DNA from: Longivirga aurantiaca
GTDB lineage: Bacteria > Actinomycetota > Actinomycetes > S36-B12 > CAIYMF01
DNA length: 32,000 nucleotides
Direction of reading: 5' to 3'
NCBI RefSeq assembly: GCF_042660085.1
Contig: NZ_JBHSTI010000002.1
Location: 420,001 to 452,000 of the forward strand
In this document: positions 8,175 through 16,471 of the stretch, one piece after another
Position numbering within the stretch: position 1 is the first letter of the stretch
Layout of the letters: each line of letters starts with the position of its first letter
Made by a program: the position numbers and the translations under genes
Notes under the pieces: generated by a model
The model's input: the letters and a program-made list of their open reading frames with translations, nothing else
What the model was told of the DNA's origin: nothing
Database searches by the model: none

Positions 8175-9022
8175 GCACATACGGCGTTCTCCCCCCGGAC
8201 GGTTCAGGGGATGAGCCGCAGGAGCTGGAGGCTTCGATGGATCTCTCCGAGCTGTTCGGGGCCTTGAGCGCGCCGGGCACCGAGGACGAGCTGGCGCACG
8301 CCGACACCGCGGTGGCCGCGATGGTCGCCGCGCACGCGCAGTCCGCCGGGGTCGTCGTCCCGCTCCGCTCGGTCAATCGCCGGCCCGCTCTTGTCGCCGT
8401 GGGTTCCGTCCTCGGCGTCATGGGCGCCGTCCTCCTCACGGGCACCGCCGCCGCGGCCTTCTCGGGCGCACTGCCCGAGAACCTGCAGCGGATCGCGCAC
8501 GAGGTGCTCGGCGCCCCCGCGCCCACGCCCCTCGGCCCGGACTCCAGCTCTGACGGGACCGACGGCACCGAGGGGTCGGCCGACGGGACGTCGTCGCGCG
8601 GGCAGTCGGAGTTCACCGACACCCCGAGCAGCAACGGCTCCGGCCCCGCCGCCACGCTCGACGCGAAGGCGCTCCTCGGCCTCTGCATCGCGTTCGCCGA
8701 CAACGGCCCGGACGACCAGAGCGGCGAGTCGGTCGCCTTCAAGGTGCTCTCGGAGGCCGCCTCGGCCAACGACCAGACGATCGAGGAGTACTGCGCGCCC
8801 ATCCTCGCCACGAAGTCGCCGGGCAAGCCGACCGCTGCACCCGGCAAGCCCACGTCAAACCCGGGAGCCACCACCAAGCCCACCGCGGCCCCGGGGCGGA
8901 CCAACGCTGCGACCACTCCGCCCGGGAGCACGCGCAAGCCCACCGCCCAGACCGTGGGCCCGGACGGCCGACCCAGCACTCCGCCCCAGCAGACGCGCGC
9001 GCCGAGCACCAGCGGCCGCTGA
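8171..9022 (+). CDS. single-pass membrane protein coupled to the ECF sigma (candidate anti-sigma factor), with a low-complexity Pro/Thr/Ser tail
   Basis: ATGA start/stop overlap with the sigma gene. One TM helix (ALVAVGSVLGVMGAVLLTGTAAAAF). The C-terminal tail has KPTAAPG-like repeats. No zf-HC2 motif was seen. Confidence 0.6.
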   Translation: MSTYGVLPPDGSGDEPQELEASMDLSELFGALSAPGTEDELAHADTAVAAMVAAHAQSAGVVVPLRSVNRRPALVAVGSVLGVMGAVLLTGTAAAAFSGALPENLQRIAHEVLGAPAPTPLGPDSSSDGTDGTEGSADGTSSRGQSEFTDTPSSNGSGPAATLDAKALLGLCIAFADNGPDDQSGESVAFKVLSEAASANDQTIEEYCAPILATKSPGKPTAAPGKPTSNPGATTKPTAAPGRTNAATTPPGSTRKPTAQTVGPDGRPSTPPQQTRAPSTSGR

Positions 9023-9035
9023 CGCGGCCGCCCGG

Positions 9036-9512
9036 CTACTCGGGCTCGGTCACGTCCGCCACGACCGCGGCGGTGGCCTCGATGAGCGGCAGCGCCTGCA
9101 CGGCGATCGCCACCTCGTGCGACCCCGACCCCAGCGTGATCTCGCCGCGCGAGGCCAGGACGACGTCGGCGACGACCGGCCATGCCGTGCTTGATCCGAG
9201 CGGGGTGATCGTGCCGCGCACGAACCCGGTCGCCTCGAAGGCCTCCTCGGCCGGCGGCATCGACAGCCGCGAGACGCCGAGCAGGGCGCGCAGCTTCGGC
9301 CACGAGATGGAGCGGCCGCCGGGCACCAGCACGAACAGGTAGTCGCCGTCCCCGCGTCGTACGACGAGGGTCTTGACTACGTCCACCACGTCCACGCCTC
9401 GCGCGGCGGCGGCCTCGGCCAGCGAGCGCACGGGTGCGGTGTGCACGAGCACCCGGTAGTCGAGGCCGAGCGACTCGAGGGCGGCGAGGACGGACGGCGC
9501 GGGGCTGGTCAT
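9036..9512 (-). CDS. YbaK/EbsC-type aminoacyl-tRNA editing (deacylase) domain protein
   Basis: 158 aa with the YbaK-like pattern: VKTLVV, YLFVLVPGGRSISWPKL, GFVRGTITPLG. Starts at ATG 9512. Confidence 0.8.
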   Translation of the reverse strand: MTSPAPSVLAALESLGLDYRVLVHTAPVRSLAEAAAARGVDVVDVVKTLVVRRGDGDYLFVLVPGGRSISWPKLRALLGVSRLSMPPAEEAFEATGFVRGTITPLGSSTAWPVVADVVLASRGEITLGSGSHEVAIAVQALPLIEATAAVVADVTEPE

Positions 9513-9538
9513 GCGGCGATCAAACCACCAGGCGCCGG

Positions 9539-10531
9539 TCAGTCCTCTCGGCGGGCCGAGCGGCGGGCGGCCTCCGCGACGCCCATCGCCCCGCGGTCAC
9601 GGGTCTGGCGCATCTCGCGGCGCGTCCACCACCACCGCTGGGTGTAGAGCGTGAGGATCCCGGCGACGACGATGGCCGACAGGTTCAGGGCGAGCTGGGC
9701 GACCGACCCGGACGCCTCGGCCCACACGCCGAGAGCCACCGCGGCCGCCGCGTTCGCCGCCGCAGGCACGGTGGTGACCGAGATCAGCACTCCGACGAGG
9801 GCGCCGGACTTGGTCGTGGTCAGCGAGAGCATCCCCGCGATGCCCGCGAGGAACGCGATGACGAACGAGAGGGCGTCGGGCCGCCAGATGAACGACGTGA
9901 GCGGTCGGTCGGCGGTGAGCATCGACGCGTCGGCGAGACCGAGCAGCTCGAGGCCCCAGGTGAACGCGACCGTCACCAGCATCGCGACCGGGAAGCCGAC
10001 GAGGAGCGCCTTCAGCGACCTGCGCATGACATCCCACCGCTTCTGCACGATCGCCACGCAGATCGCAGCGAGCGGGCCGAACTCAGGGCCCACCACCATC
10101 GCGCCCACGATGAGGATCGGGCTGTCGAGCAGCACGCCCACAGCGGCGAGCATCGTGGCCACCGACAGGTAGACGAGGAACGTGATGGTGAGCGAGACCT
10201 CCTCGCTCGTGCGGGCCTCGACCTGCTCCCACACGACCGCATCGCCGGGGAGTCCCGGCGCCGCCTCCTCCGCTGCGACAGCCGAGTCCGACAGCACGAG
10301 GTCGGGAGTGCTCGCGACGATCGCCCCGTCGTGCTCGATCCCGAGGTCGCGTAGCGACTCGATGACGAGGCTCGCGCCCTCGCGTGCGACGTCGCACTCG
10401 ATCACGTCGCCGTGGGGCTGGCGCGCCGCACCTGGGTACACCGCCAGGTGCGTCACGGCGGAGTCGCCGGAGAGCAGGCGCACGGCGTCGCGCGAGCGGT
10501 CCTCAGGGACGTGCAGGCGGAGGTGGAGCAC
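9539..10531 (-). CDS. DUF389-like integral membrane protein
   Basis: An N-terminal soluble domain (MLHLRLHVPEDRS...) is followed by about 6 TM helices. This resembles the DUF389/TIGR00341 layout, recalled from memory. It lies 26 nt upstream of the ybaK-like gene. Confidence 0.7.
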   Translation of the reverse strand: MLHLRLHVPEDRSRDAVRLLSGDSAVTHLAVYPGAARQPHGDVIECDVAREGASLVIESLRDLGIEHDGAIVASTPDLVLSDSAVAAEEAAPGLPGDAVVWEQVEARTSEEVSLTITFLVYLSVATMLAAVGVLLDSPILIVGAMVVGPEFGPLAAICVAIVQKRWDVMRRSLKALLVGFPVAMLVTVAFTWGLELLGLADASMLTADRPLTSFIWRPDALSFVIAFLAGIAGMLSLTTTKSGALVGVLISVTTVPAAANAAAAVALGVWAEASGSVAQLALNLSAIVVAGILTLYTQRWWWTRREMRQTRDRGAMGVAEAARRSARRED

Positions 10532-10577
10532 GGCGACATCCTGCCGCAGCCCTGGCTGGGCGGGCGGCGGGTCGGGG

Positions 10578-11504
10578 TCAAGCGGTGGCGTCGACCGCGG
10601 CCAGCCCCGACGCGAGCGCCCTGGCCAGCCGGCTGCGCAGCGGTGCGCTCAGGTCCATCAGCTCGCGCTGACGACGTACGTACTCCGCACGGCCTTCGGG
10701 TGTCTCGACCCGCACCGGCGCGTAGCCGAGCGCAGCAAGGTCGTACGGCGCGGCCTCCATGTCGAGCCGCCGCGCCTCACGGGCCAGCGCGAAGCAGTCG
10801 GCGACGAGGTCGCTGCCGACGAGGGCGTCGTACTTCGCAGCCCACTTGTAGAGATCCATCGTCGCGTGCAGGCAGCCCGGCTGGTCGAGGCCGGGCTGCG
10901 TCTCGCGCGTGGGCGCGAGCTCGTTCAGCGGGACGGCGTCCGGCGTGAAGAAGCGGAACGCGTCGAAGTGCGTGCAGCGCAGACCGTTGTCGTCGACGAC
11001 GTCGCGGATCTCGTCGGGCGTGAGCCGCAGCGCCCACGACTCGTGCCGCACCTCCTCCTGCTCGAGGCCGTAGACCATCGCCCACTCGTGCAGCCCGAAG
11101 CAGCCGAGCCGCGCCGGGCGGTCTGCGCTCGACCGCACGAGGCCCTCGACCCAGGCGAGGCCGTCGCGTCGGCGCGCGAAGTGCCGCGGATCGACGGTGG
11201 CTGCCGGGGCGCCGTCGATCTCGACCGTCGTGTAGGCCGCATCGCTCCCGAGCTCGCCCCCGCCGAGGAGCGCGATGCCGAGCCCGGGGTGCCACCGGCG
11301 CAGCTGCCCCGGGCGCGTCGGGTAGTAGGTGAAGAGGAAGTCGTCGACGGGGTGCTTCTCGCCGCGCTGCGCGCGCTCGAGCCTCGGCGCGGTCCAGGAG
11401 TCGACCCGCTCGGCGTGAGCGGCGGCACGCGCACGCCAGTCGTCCTCGGCGAGCGGCACGAGGCGCGGGTCGGCGGACACGGTCACGACGCCATTGTCCG
11501 CCAC
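10578..11504 (-). CDS. conserved enzyme-like protein of unknown function (as I recall, homologues are sometimes labelled 3-methyladenine DNA glycosylase)
   Basis: 308 aa with high third-position GC. His/Cys/Asp-rich conserved-looking blocks: HPVDDFLFTYYPTRPGQLRRWHPG, CFGLHEWAMVYG, RCTHFDAFRFFTP, GCLHATMDLYKWA. GTG 11504 is 3 nt after the TetR stop. Confidence 0.65.
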   Translation of the reverse strand: MADNGVVTVSADPRLVPLAEDDWRARAAAHAERVDSWTAPRLERAQRGEKHPVDDFLFTYYPTRPGQLRRWHPGLGIALLGGGELGSDAAYTTVEIDGAPAATVDPRHFARRRDGLAWVEGLVRSSADRPARLGCFGLHEWAMVYGLEQEEVRHESWALRLTPDEIRDVVDDNGLRCTHFDAFRFFTPDAVPLNELAPTRETQPGLDQPGCLHATMDLYKWAAKYDALVGSDLVADCFALAREARRLDMEAAPYDLAALGYAPVRVETPEGRAEYVRRQRELMDLSAPLRSRLARALASGLAAVDATA

Positions 11505-11507
11505 GGG

Positions 11508-12134
11508 TCAGGCGTCGAGGCGCTCGCGGGGGAGGTGGACCTCCTCGGCCGCGGCGTCGAGCCAGAGCCCCACCATCCGGTCCTCGGTGACCGACGGGTC
11601 CCCGAGCGACACCTGCACAGCCAGGCCGTCGAGCACGGCGACGAGCCGCACGGCCGAGGCCTCCGGGTCATGGCAGGTGAAGGAGCCCTCGGCGACGCCG
11701 TCCTCGATCACACCGCGGATGTGTGCCCGCCAGCGCGCGTCCATGGCCTGGCGCATCTCGCGCGTCCTGTCGTCGCGGAGCGCGCGGACCCAGATCTCCA
11801 TCCAGAGCACCCAGTTGCCGACGGCCGGCCCGGTGTCCGCACCGATCACGCCCGTCAGCCTCAGCCGTTCCACTGCGTCGGCGCCCGGCGGTACGAGCCT
11901 CTCGTAGTCGTCGAAGAAGTCGTCCTCCACCGAACGCACCGCCTCGGCGAGCACGCCGTCCAGCGAGCCGAAGTGGTAGACGATGAGGGCGGGCGAGGTG
12001 CCGGCGACGGTGGCGATGTCGGCCACGCGGGTTCCTGCGAAGCCGCGTTCGCCCAGCACCTCGACCGCGGCGGCGAGGATGCGGCGGCGCCGTTCAGCCG
12101 GGTCCTTGGCGCCCAGCTCGTCCGTCGTGCTCAC
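11508..12134 (-). CDS. TetR/AcrR-family transcriptional regulator
   Basis: N-terminal HTH: RRRILAAAVEVLGERGFAGTRVADIATVAGTSPALIVYHFGS. GGAGGA lies 7 nt upstream of GTG 12134. The longer track ORF start at 12260 was rejected. Confidence 0.9.
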   Translation of the reverse strand: MSTTDELGAKDPAERRRRILAAAVEVLGERGFAGTRVADIATVAGTSPALIVYHFGSLDGVLAEAVRSVEDDFFDDYERLVPPGADAVERLRLTGVIGADTGPAVGNWVLWMEIWVRALRDDRTREMRQAMDARWRAHIRGVIEDGVAEGSFTCHDPEASAVRLVAVLDGLAVQVSLGDPSVTEDRMVGLWLDAAAEEVHLPRERLDA

Positions 12135-12254
12135 CGCTTCGTCCTCCAGGTCGTGGCCGGCGCGGCCCGGGATCGCCCGCGTTCCATCGTCGCACCGTCC
12201 GCGTGCGTTGCCGCGCTGCGACGTGCGCGGCGCCCCGGTTGAACGACGTCGCCC

Positions 12255-12275
12255 GAGCAACGGTTACGGTTGCTC
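12255..12275. promoter_or_regulatory. palindromic operator candidate in the TetR / binding-protein divergent region
   Basis: GAGCAAC-ggttacg-GTTGCTC, with 7-bp perfect arms. It also contains the tandem ACGGTT ACGGTT. It lies 36 nt upstream of TTG 12311. Confidence 0.45.
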
Positions 12276-12310
12276 CTCCACTTCGCTGCGTCCTCGAGGA
12301 GGGACCGCCG

Positions 12311-13510
12311 TTGGCGACCAACCGGCCTGTGATCACCCGTCGTTCGATGCTGTCGAGCGGCATCGGGCTCGGGGCCGGCCTGGCTCTCGCCGCGTGCGGC
12401 GTCCGCTCCGGCGACACCGCGACCCCGTCCGCCACCACCGGTGGTGCACCCTCGGCGTCGTTCACCGGTGCCGACTCCTCGGACGCCGACCCGCTCGTGC
12501 GCTGGTCGAACTGGCCGTACTACATCGACGTCGTCGAACCGGGCGACGAGGGCACGACGACGCTGACGGACTTCACCGCAGCGACGGGCATCGAGGTCGA
12601 GTACAGCGAGGACATCAACGACAACGAGGAGTTCTGGGCCAAGAAGTCGCCCATCCTCAAGGAGGGTCGCGGCATCGACCGCGACCTCGCCGTCCTCACC
12701 GACGTCACCGCGGCCCGCTTCCTGCGCAACGGCTACATCGAGCCGCTCGACCGCGCCGCGATGCCCAACACCGTCAACGTGATCCCGTCGCTCGCGGACA
12801 CGGCGTGGGACCCGGGCCGCGGGTTCACCCTGCCGTTCCTCAACGGACTGATCGGCATCGGCTACAACAAGCAGCTCGCGGGCCGTGAGCTGAAGTCGTT
12901 CAGCGAGCTGCTCACCGACGAGTTCCGGGGGAAGGTCGCCATCTCCTCGGAGATGGAGGACACCATGGGGTTCTTCCTCATGGCCGACGGCAAGCAGACC
13001 GAGAGCTTCACCGACGCCGACTTCGACCAGGCGATCGCCGATCTGCAGGCAGCGTTCGACCGCGGTCAGTTCCGCCGCGTCGCGGGCAACGACTACGGCG
13101 CCGACCTCACCAACGGCGACCTCGTGGCCTCCATCGGCTACTCCGGCGACGTGCTGCAGATCCAGCTCGAGAACCCGGACGTGGAGTTCTACATGCCCGA
13201 GGAGGGCGGCGGCTTCTACAGCGACGTCTTCTTCATCCCCGCGGGTGCGACGCACCACCGCAACGCGGAGAAGCTCATCGACTACTACTACGACCCCGTG
13301 GCGGCAGCGAAGCTCGCGGCCTACGTGCAGTACCTCTCACCGGTGCTGGGGGCGCGCGAGGCGATGGAGAAGGTCGACCCCACGCAGGTCGACAACCCCG
13401 CGATCTTCCCGAGCGACGCCGACCTCGCCCAGGCGCACACCTGGCGGGTGCTGACGCCGCAGGAGGAGTCGCGCTACCTCGAGCAGTACCAGGCGGTCGT
13501 CCTCGGCTGA
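12311..13510 (+). CDS. PotD/PotF-like (spermidine/putrescine-type) ABC substrate-binding lipoprotein with a TAT-type signal
   Basis: GGAGGG lies 7 nt upstream of TTG 12311. The signal is TRRSMLSSGIGLGAGLALAAC (twin-Arg plus lipobox). WSNWPYYID and the overall family-1 SBP pattern fit this family. Confidence 0.85.
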   Translation: MATNRPVITRRSMLSSGIGLGAGLALAACGVRSGDTATPSATTGGAPSASFTGADSSDADPLVRWSNWPYYIDVVEPGDEGTTTLTDFTAATGIEVEYSEDINDNEEFWAKKSPILKEGRGIDRDLAVLTDVTAARFLRNGYIEPLDRAAMPNTVNVIPSLADTAWDPGRGFTLPFLNGLIGIGYNKQLAGRELKSFSELLTDEFRGKVAISSEMEDTMGFFLMADGKQTESFTDADFDQAIADLQAAFDRGQFRRVAGNDYGADLTNGDLVASIGYSGDVLQIQLENPDVEFYMPEEGGGFYSDVFFIPAGATHHRNAEKLIDYYYDPVAAAKLAAYVQYLSPVLGAREAMEKVDPTQVDNPAIFPSDADLAQAHTWRVLTPQEESRYLEQYQAVVLG

Positions 13511-13531
13511 GCCGGGTGCGACCATGGGTGC

Positions 13532-13717
13532 ATGACCGAGCCGACGCCCGACCCCACGGCGCAACCGCGGCTCGTGCTCGACGACGTCGACCTCGTGCCC
13601 GAGCAGACGAGCGACGACCTCGACGACGGCTGGTCGGCGGGCGCCCCGGCGCCCGGTGACAACGCCGCGGCCCTGCGCCGCTACCTCGACGAGAAACCGC
13701 CGCACCACGGGGACTGA
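13532..13717 (+). CDS. small acidic hypothetical protein (61 aa)
   Basis: Third-position GC is high throughout. The C-terminus reads RRYLDEKPPHHGD. No clear RBS was found. Confidence 0.5.
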   Translation: MTEPTPDPTAQPRLVLDDVDLVPEQTSDDLDDGWSAGAPAPGDNAAALRRYLDEKPPHHGD

Positions 13718-13755
13718 GCCCCGCGGTACGGCGGTTCCGGTGGTCGTGCGGTCGG

Positions 13756-14133
13756 TCAGCCCTGCTGCTTGAGGGAGTCGCGGATCTCGCGCAGGAGCAC
13801 GATCTCCTCCGCGGTCTCCGCCTCTTCCTCCTTGGCGCTGCGCGCCTTGATCGCGTTGATCGGCACGATCACGAAGAAGTAGATCGCCGCCGCGATGATC
13901 ACGAAGTTGATGAGCGCCGTGAGCACCAGGCCGATGCTGAACACCGCGCCGTTGATCGTGAACGTGCCGACCTCGTTCAGGCTCGGCTTGCCGAAGATCG
14001 CGGCGATCAGCGGGTTGAGCAGCCCGTCCGTGAACGCCTTGATCACTGCGCCGAACGCCGCGCCGATGACGACGGCTACCGCGAGATCGACGACGTTGCC
14101 CCGCATGAGGAAGTCGCGGAATCCCTTGACCAT
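13756..14133 (-). CDS. mscL: large-conductance mechanosensitive channel MscL
   Basis: MVKGFRDFLMRGNVVDLAVAVVIGAAFGAVI is near-identical in pattern to the canonical MscL N-terminus. GGAGGG lies 7 nt upstream of ATG 14133. Confidence 0.95.
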   Translation of the reverse strand: MVKGFRDFLMRGNVVDLAVAVVIGAAFGAVIKAFTDGLLNPLIAAIFGKPSLNEVGTFTINGAVFSIGLVLTALINFVIIAAAIYFFVIVPINAIKARSAKEEEAETAEEIVLLREIRDSLKQQG

Positions 14134-14184
14134 GATGTGTCCCTCCACCAGTCCGCCCCGTACGACGAGCGACCCTAGCGAAGG

Positions 14185-14210
14185 CTGACGGCACGGCGTA
14201 CCGCCGTCAG
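14185..14210 (-). terminator. stem-loop immediately downstream of the SAF-domain gene
   Basis: CTGACGG...CCGTCAG, with 7-bp outer arms. It ends 1 nt from the stop codon at 14212-14214. Confidence 0.35.
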
Positions 14211-14211
14211 G

Positions 14212-14901
14212 TCATCCGGCACGGAGCACCACGCTCAGTCGCGATCCGACCGCAGCGCGTGCGATGGCGAGGCTCTGCGACGACGTGGTGGCCAGCACGA
14301 CCGACGACCCGTCGATCGACGCCGGCATCGCGAGGAACCCGCCGTCGGACTCGCCCGCCCCGGTCGCGCTCGTCAGGAGCACCCGCACCCGTGCGGCGAC
14401 GACCGACGCCTGGCCCGCGGTTCCCGAGGCGGTCGACCCCGACACCGCGGCGATGACGTCCACGACGTCCCCCGGGCGCAGCACCGCGAGCGCGGCGCTG
14501 TCGGCGAGGCGCAGCGGCGTCGCGACGACGTCCGGCCCGTACCCGGCGAGCAGGCCCGCGGTGAGGAGGTGCCGGGCGAGGACCGGGTCGCCCGCGAGCA
14601 GCGGGACGACGACCTGGCCCCCCAGCAGCGACGACGGGTCGGACGGTGCGTCGTCGGGTCGCGCTGCCACCGGCAGGGCGACGGTGGCGAGGTCGTCGGC
14701 GCGAAGGGTCGTGCCGGGCGGGAGGTCGCGGGCGGCGACGAGCACAGGGACGACCTCCGGTGGGGCCGGGCGCAGGATCGAGGTCAGCGACCAGACGAGC
14801 AGGCCGACGAGCAGCGCGAGGACCGGGCCACGATGGCGGTGCAGCCGGCGTCGCCACGCGGGTGGGCGGCCGGGGACGGACGGGGCGGGGGAAGGACGCA
14901 C
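14212..14901 (-). CDS. SAF-domain / CpaB-like membrane-anchored protein
   Basis: N-terminal TM helix (GPVLALLVGLLVWSL), then VPVLVAARDLPPGTTLRADDL, the typical SAF-domain opening. Length 229 aa. Confidence 0.7.
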   Translation of the reverse strand: MRPSPAPSVPGRPPAWRRRLHRHRGPVLALLVGLLVWSLTSILRPAPPEVVPVLVAARDLPPGTTLRADDLATVALPVAARPDDAPSDPSSLLGGQVVVPLLAGDPVLARHLLTAGLLAGYGPDVVATPLRLADSAALAVLRPGDVVDVIAAVSGSTASGTAGQASVVAARVRVLLTSATGAGESDGGFLAMPASIDGSSVVLATTSSQSLAIARAAVGSRLSVVLRAG

Positions 14902-14907
14902 CCGGCG

Positions 14908-14913
14908 ACGGTA
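14908..14913 (-). promoter_or_regulatory. -10-like hexamer TACCGT (minus strand), 6 nt before GTG 14901 (leaderless-type promoter)
   Basis: The minus strand reads TACCGT-cgccgg-GTG. No Shine-Dalgarno sequence is present. Confidence 0.35.
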
Positions 14914-14973
14914 GGGAGGCCAGGGGCGAGCCCGCCGGGCTCGTCCACAGGCGCCGGCGCGCCTGCGCCCGGA

Positions 14974-15297
14974 TCAGGCTGCGGACCCCGAGGTGCCGCC
15001 GGAGGTGGATCCCGTCGACGGGGTCGCCGGGGTCGACGGCGCAGCGGGGGCGGGCGAGGAGGAGCCGGAGTCCGACGTGCCGCTCGTGGAGCCGCCCGCC
15101 GGGACGGTCGAGGACGAGCCCGAGCGGCTGTCGGTGCGGTAGAAGCCCGAGCCCTTGAACACGATGCCGACGGCGTTGTAGAGCTTGCGCAGCGGGCCGC
15201 CGCACGCAGGGCACTCGGTGAGGGCGTCGTCGGTGAACTTCTGCACGACCTCCAGCGGCTCGCCACAGGCGGTGCACGAGTACTGGTAGGTGGGCAC
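14974..15297 (-). CDS. FmdB-family zinc-ribbon protein with a Ser/Gly/Thr-rich tail (Ruc / Rv0991c-like)
   Basis: The N-terminus is PTYQYSCTACGEPLEVVQKFTDDALTECPACGGPLRK (CxxC...CxxC). The C-terminal half is low-complexity. GAGGAG lies 6 nt upstream of GTG 15297. Confidence 0.9.
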   Translation of the reverse strand: MPTYQYSCTACGEPLEVVQKFTDDALTECPACGGPLRKLYNAVGIVFKGSGFYRTDSRSGSSSTVPAGGSTSGTSDSGSSSPAPAAPSTPATPSTGSTSGGTSGSAA

Positions 15298-15365
15298 GGT
15301 GCTCTCCTCGGGCCGGGCTCGCGGGACGGGTCGTCCCGCGATGTCGCGCGACGCCTGCCGGGCCG

Positions 15366-15392
15366 TTGGCACTCGCAGGCGTCGAGTGCCAA
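15366..15392. promoter_or_regulatory. CIRCE (HrcA) operator
   Basis: TTGGCACTC-gcaggcgtc-GAGTGCCAA is a perfect 9+9 inverted repeat with a 9-nt spacer. It matches the consensus TTAGCACTC-N9-GAGTGCTAA at 16 of 18 positions. It lies about 70 nt upstream of the FmdB-type gene. Confidence 0.8.
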
Positions 15393-15569
15393 TGATGCCA
15401 AATCCCGCGGGGGTTGACCACTCGCCTCCGGGCCTCGGTCGGTTGCCAGGTCGCGAACCGATTGTGCCGTGGGGGCCTGAGCGGGGGCGCCATTCGGCTT
15501 TCCGCCAGCCCCAGCGGGCGGCGCGAAGCACGGCAGCGTGAGAGGTGGGCGCACAGGATCGGAGATGGC

Positions 15570-15589
15570 GGTCCGCGTGAGTGCGGACC
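15570..15589 (-). terminator. stem-loop downstream of the arsM-like gene
   Basis: GGTCCGC-gtgagt-GCGGACC, a 7-bp stem, about 40 nt after the stop at 15626. No U-tract. Confidence 0.35.
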
Positions 15590-15625
15590 CCCGACGAGCA
15601 CAGGTCCGGGTGCTGGGCAGCCGGC

Positions 15626-16471
15626 TCAGGTCGGGCGCGTGGCCCGGATGAACGCGCTCATGGCGACCCCGTCGAGCTCGTCCCGGGCCCGCGTACGGAT
15701 CTCAGCGTCGGGCTGGTCAGAGCGCCAGCCCCCGGCCATGGACTCGAGATCGGCGCCGGTGTAGATGCGGACCGGTTCGATGTCCACGTCGACGAACCCG
15801 GCGGAGACCAGCCCTGCGCGCATGTCCTCCTCGAGCATCGCGCCGGAGATGCAGCTGACCCACAGGTCCATCAGGGCGGCGTCCTCGGCCGAGAGCGGTC
15901 GGCGGAGCACGACGTCGGAGATCGCCAGGCGCCCGCCTGGGCGGAGCACGCGGAACGCCTCGCGCAGTACCGCAGGCTTGTCGGGGGACAGGTTCACGAC
16001 GCAGTTGGAGATGATCACGTCGACCGATTCGTCGGGGAGCGGGATGTCCTCGATCGTGCCGGTGAGGAACTCGGCGTTGGACACGCCGGACACGGCCTGG
16101 TTGTGCACGGCGAGCTCGTGCATCTCGGGGGTCATGTCCAGGCCATAGGCCTTGCCGGTCGGTCCGACTCGGCGCGCTGAGAGCAGCACGTCGATGCCTC
16201 CGCCGGAGCCGAGGTCGAGGACGACCTCGCCGGGGCTGAGCTCGGCGAGCGCGGTGGGGTTGCCGCAGCCGAGGGAGGCGAGCACGGCGGCTTCGGGGAG
16301 CTCGGAGCGTTCGCTCACGTCGTAGAGGGCGGCGCCGAACGGGGCGGTGGCCGGGGTGCTGTCGCAGCAGGTGGACGTGGTTGCGCAGCCGCAGGACTGC
16401 GACTGCTCGGCGGCGCGGCCGTAGTGCTCGCGGACGGCGGCCCGGACCTCGTCGGCGGTGGGGGTATTCAT
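15626..16471 (-). CDS. arsM: arsenite S-adenosylmethionine methyltransferase (ArsM)-like
   Basis: Shows LGCGNP, the SAM motif [23 protein letters not shown] and WVSCISGA (conserved Cys positions). The N-terminus is Cys-rich ([10 protein letters not shown]). AGGAGG lies 4 nt upstream of ATG 16471. Confidence 0.8.
   Translation of the reverse strand: MNTPTADEVRAAVREHYGRAAEQSQSCGCATTSTCCDSTPATAPFGAALYDVSERSELPEAAVLASLGCGNPTALAELSPGEVVLDLGSGGGIDVLLSARRVGPTGKAYGLDMTPEMHELAVHNQAVSGVSNAEFLTGTIEDIPLPDESVDVIISNCVVNLSPDKPAVLREAFRVLRPGGRLAISDVVLRRPLSAEDAALMDLWVSCISGAMLEEDMRAGLVSAGFVDVDIEPVRIYTGADLESMAGGWRSDQPDAEIRTRARDELDGVAMSAFIRATRPT

Noticed and set aside
8800-9000. Apparent repeats (aagcccacc / KPT motifs) as a DNA tandem repeat or contingency locus
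   Set aside because: The copies are short, irregularly spaced and diverged. This is better explained as a low-complexity Pro/Thr/Ala-rich protein tail than as a true tandem repeat.
12203-12310. Upstream extension of the PotD-like ORF (track start 12203)
   Set aside because: The extension overlaps the operator and promoter region and is not signal-peptide-like. TTG 12311 has GGAGGG at ideal spacing and yields a TAT-lipoprotein signal.
15474-15483. 10-mer GGCCTGAGCG present near both edges of the 16 kb cargo block (also at 31293-31302), as possible insertion direct repeats
   Set aside because: It is too short and too GC-rich to distinguish from chance, and the right copy is simply one arm of the terminator hairpin. 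It is recorded only as something to test if comparative data define the insertion borders.
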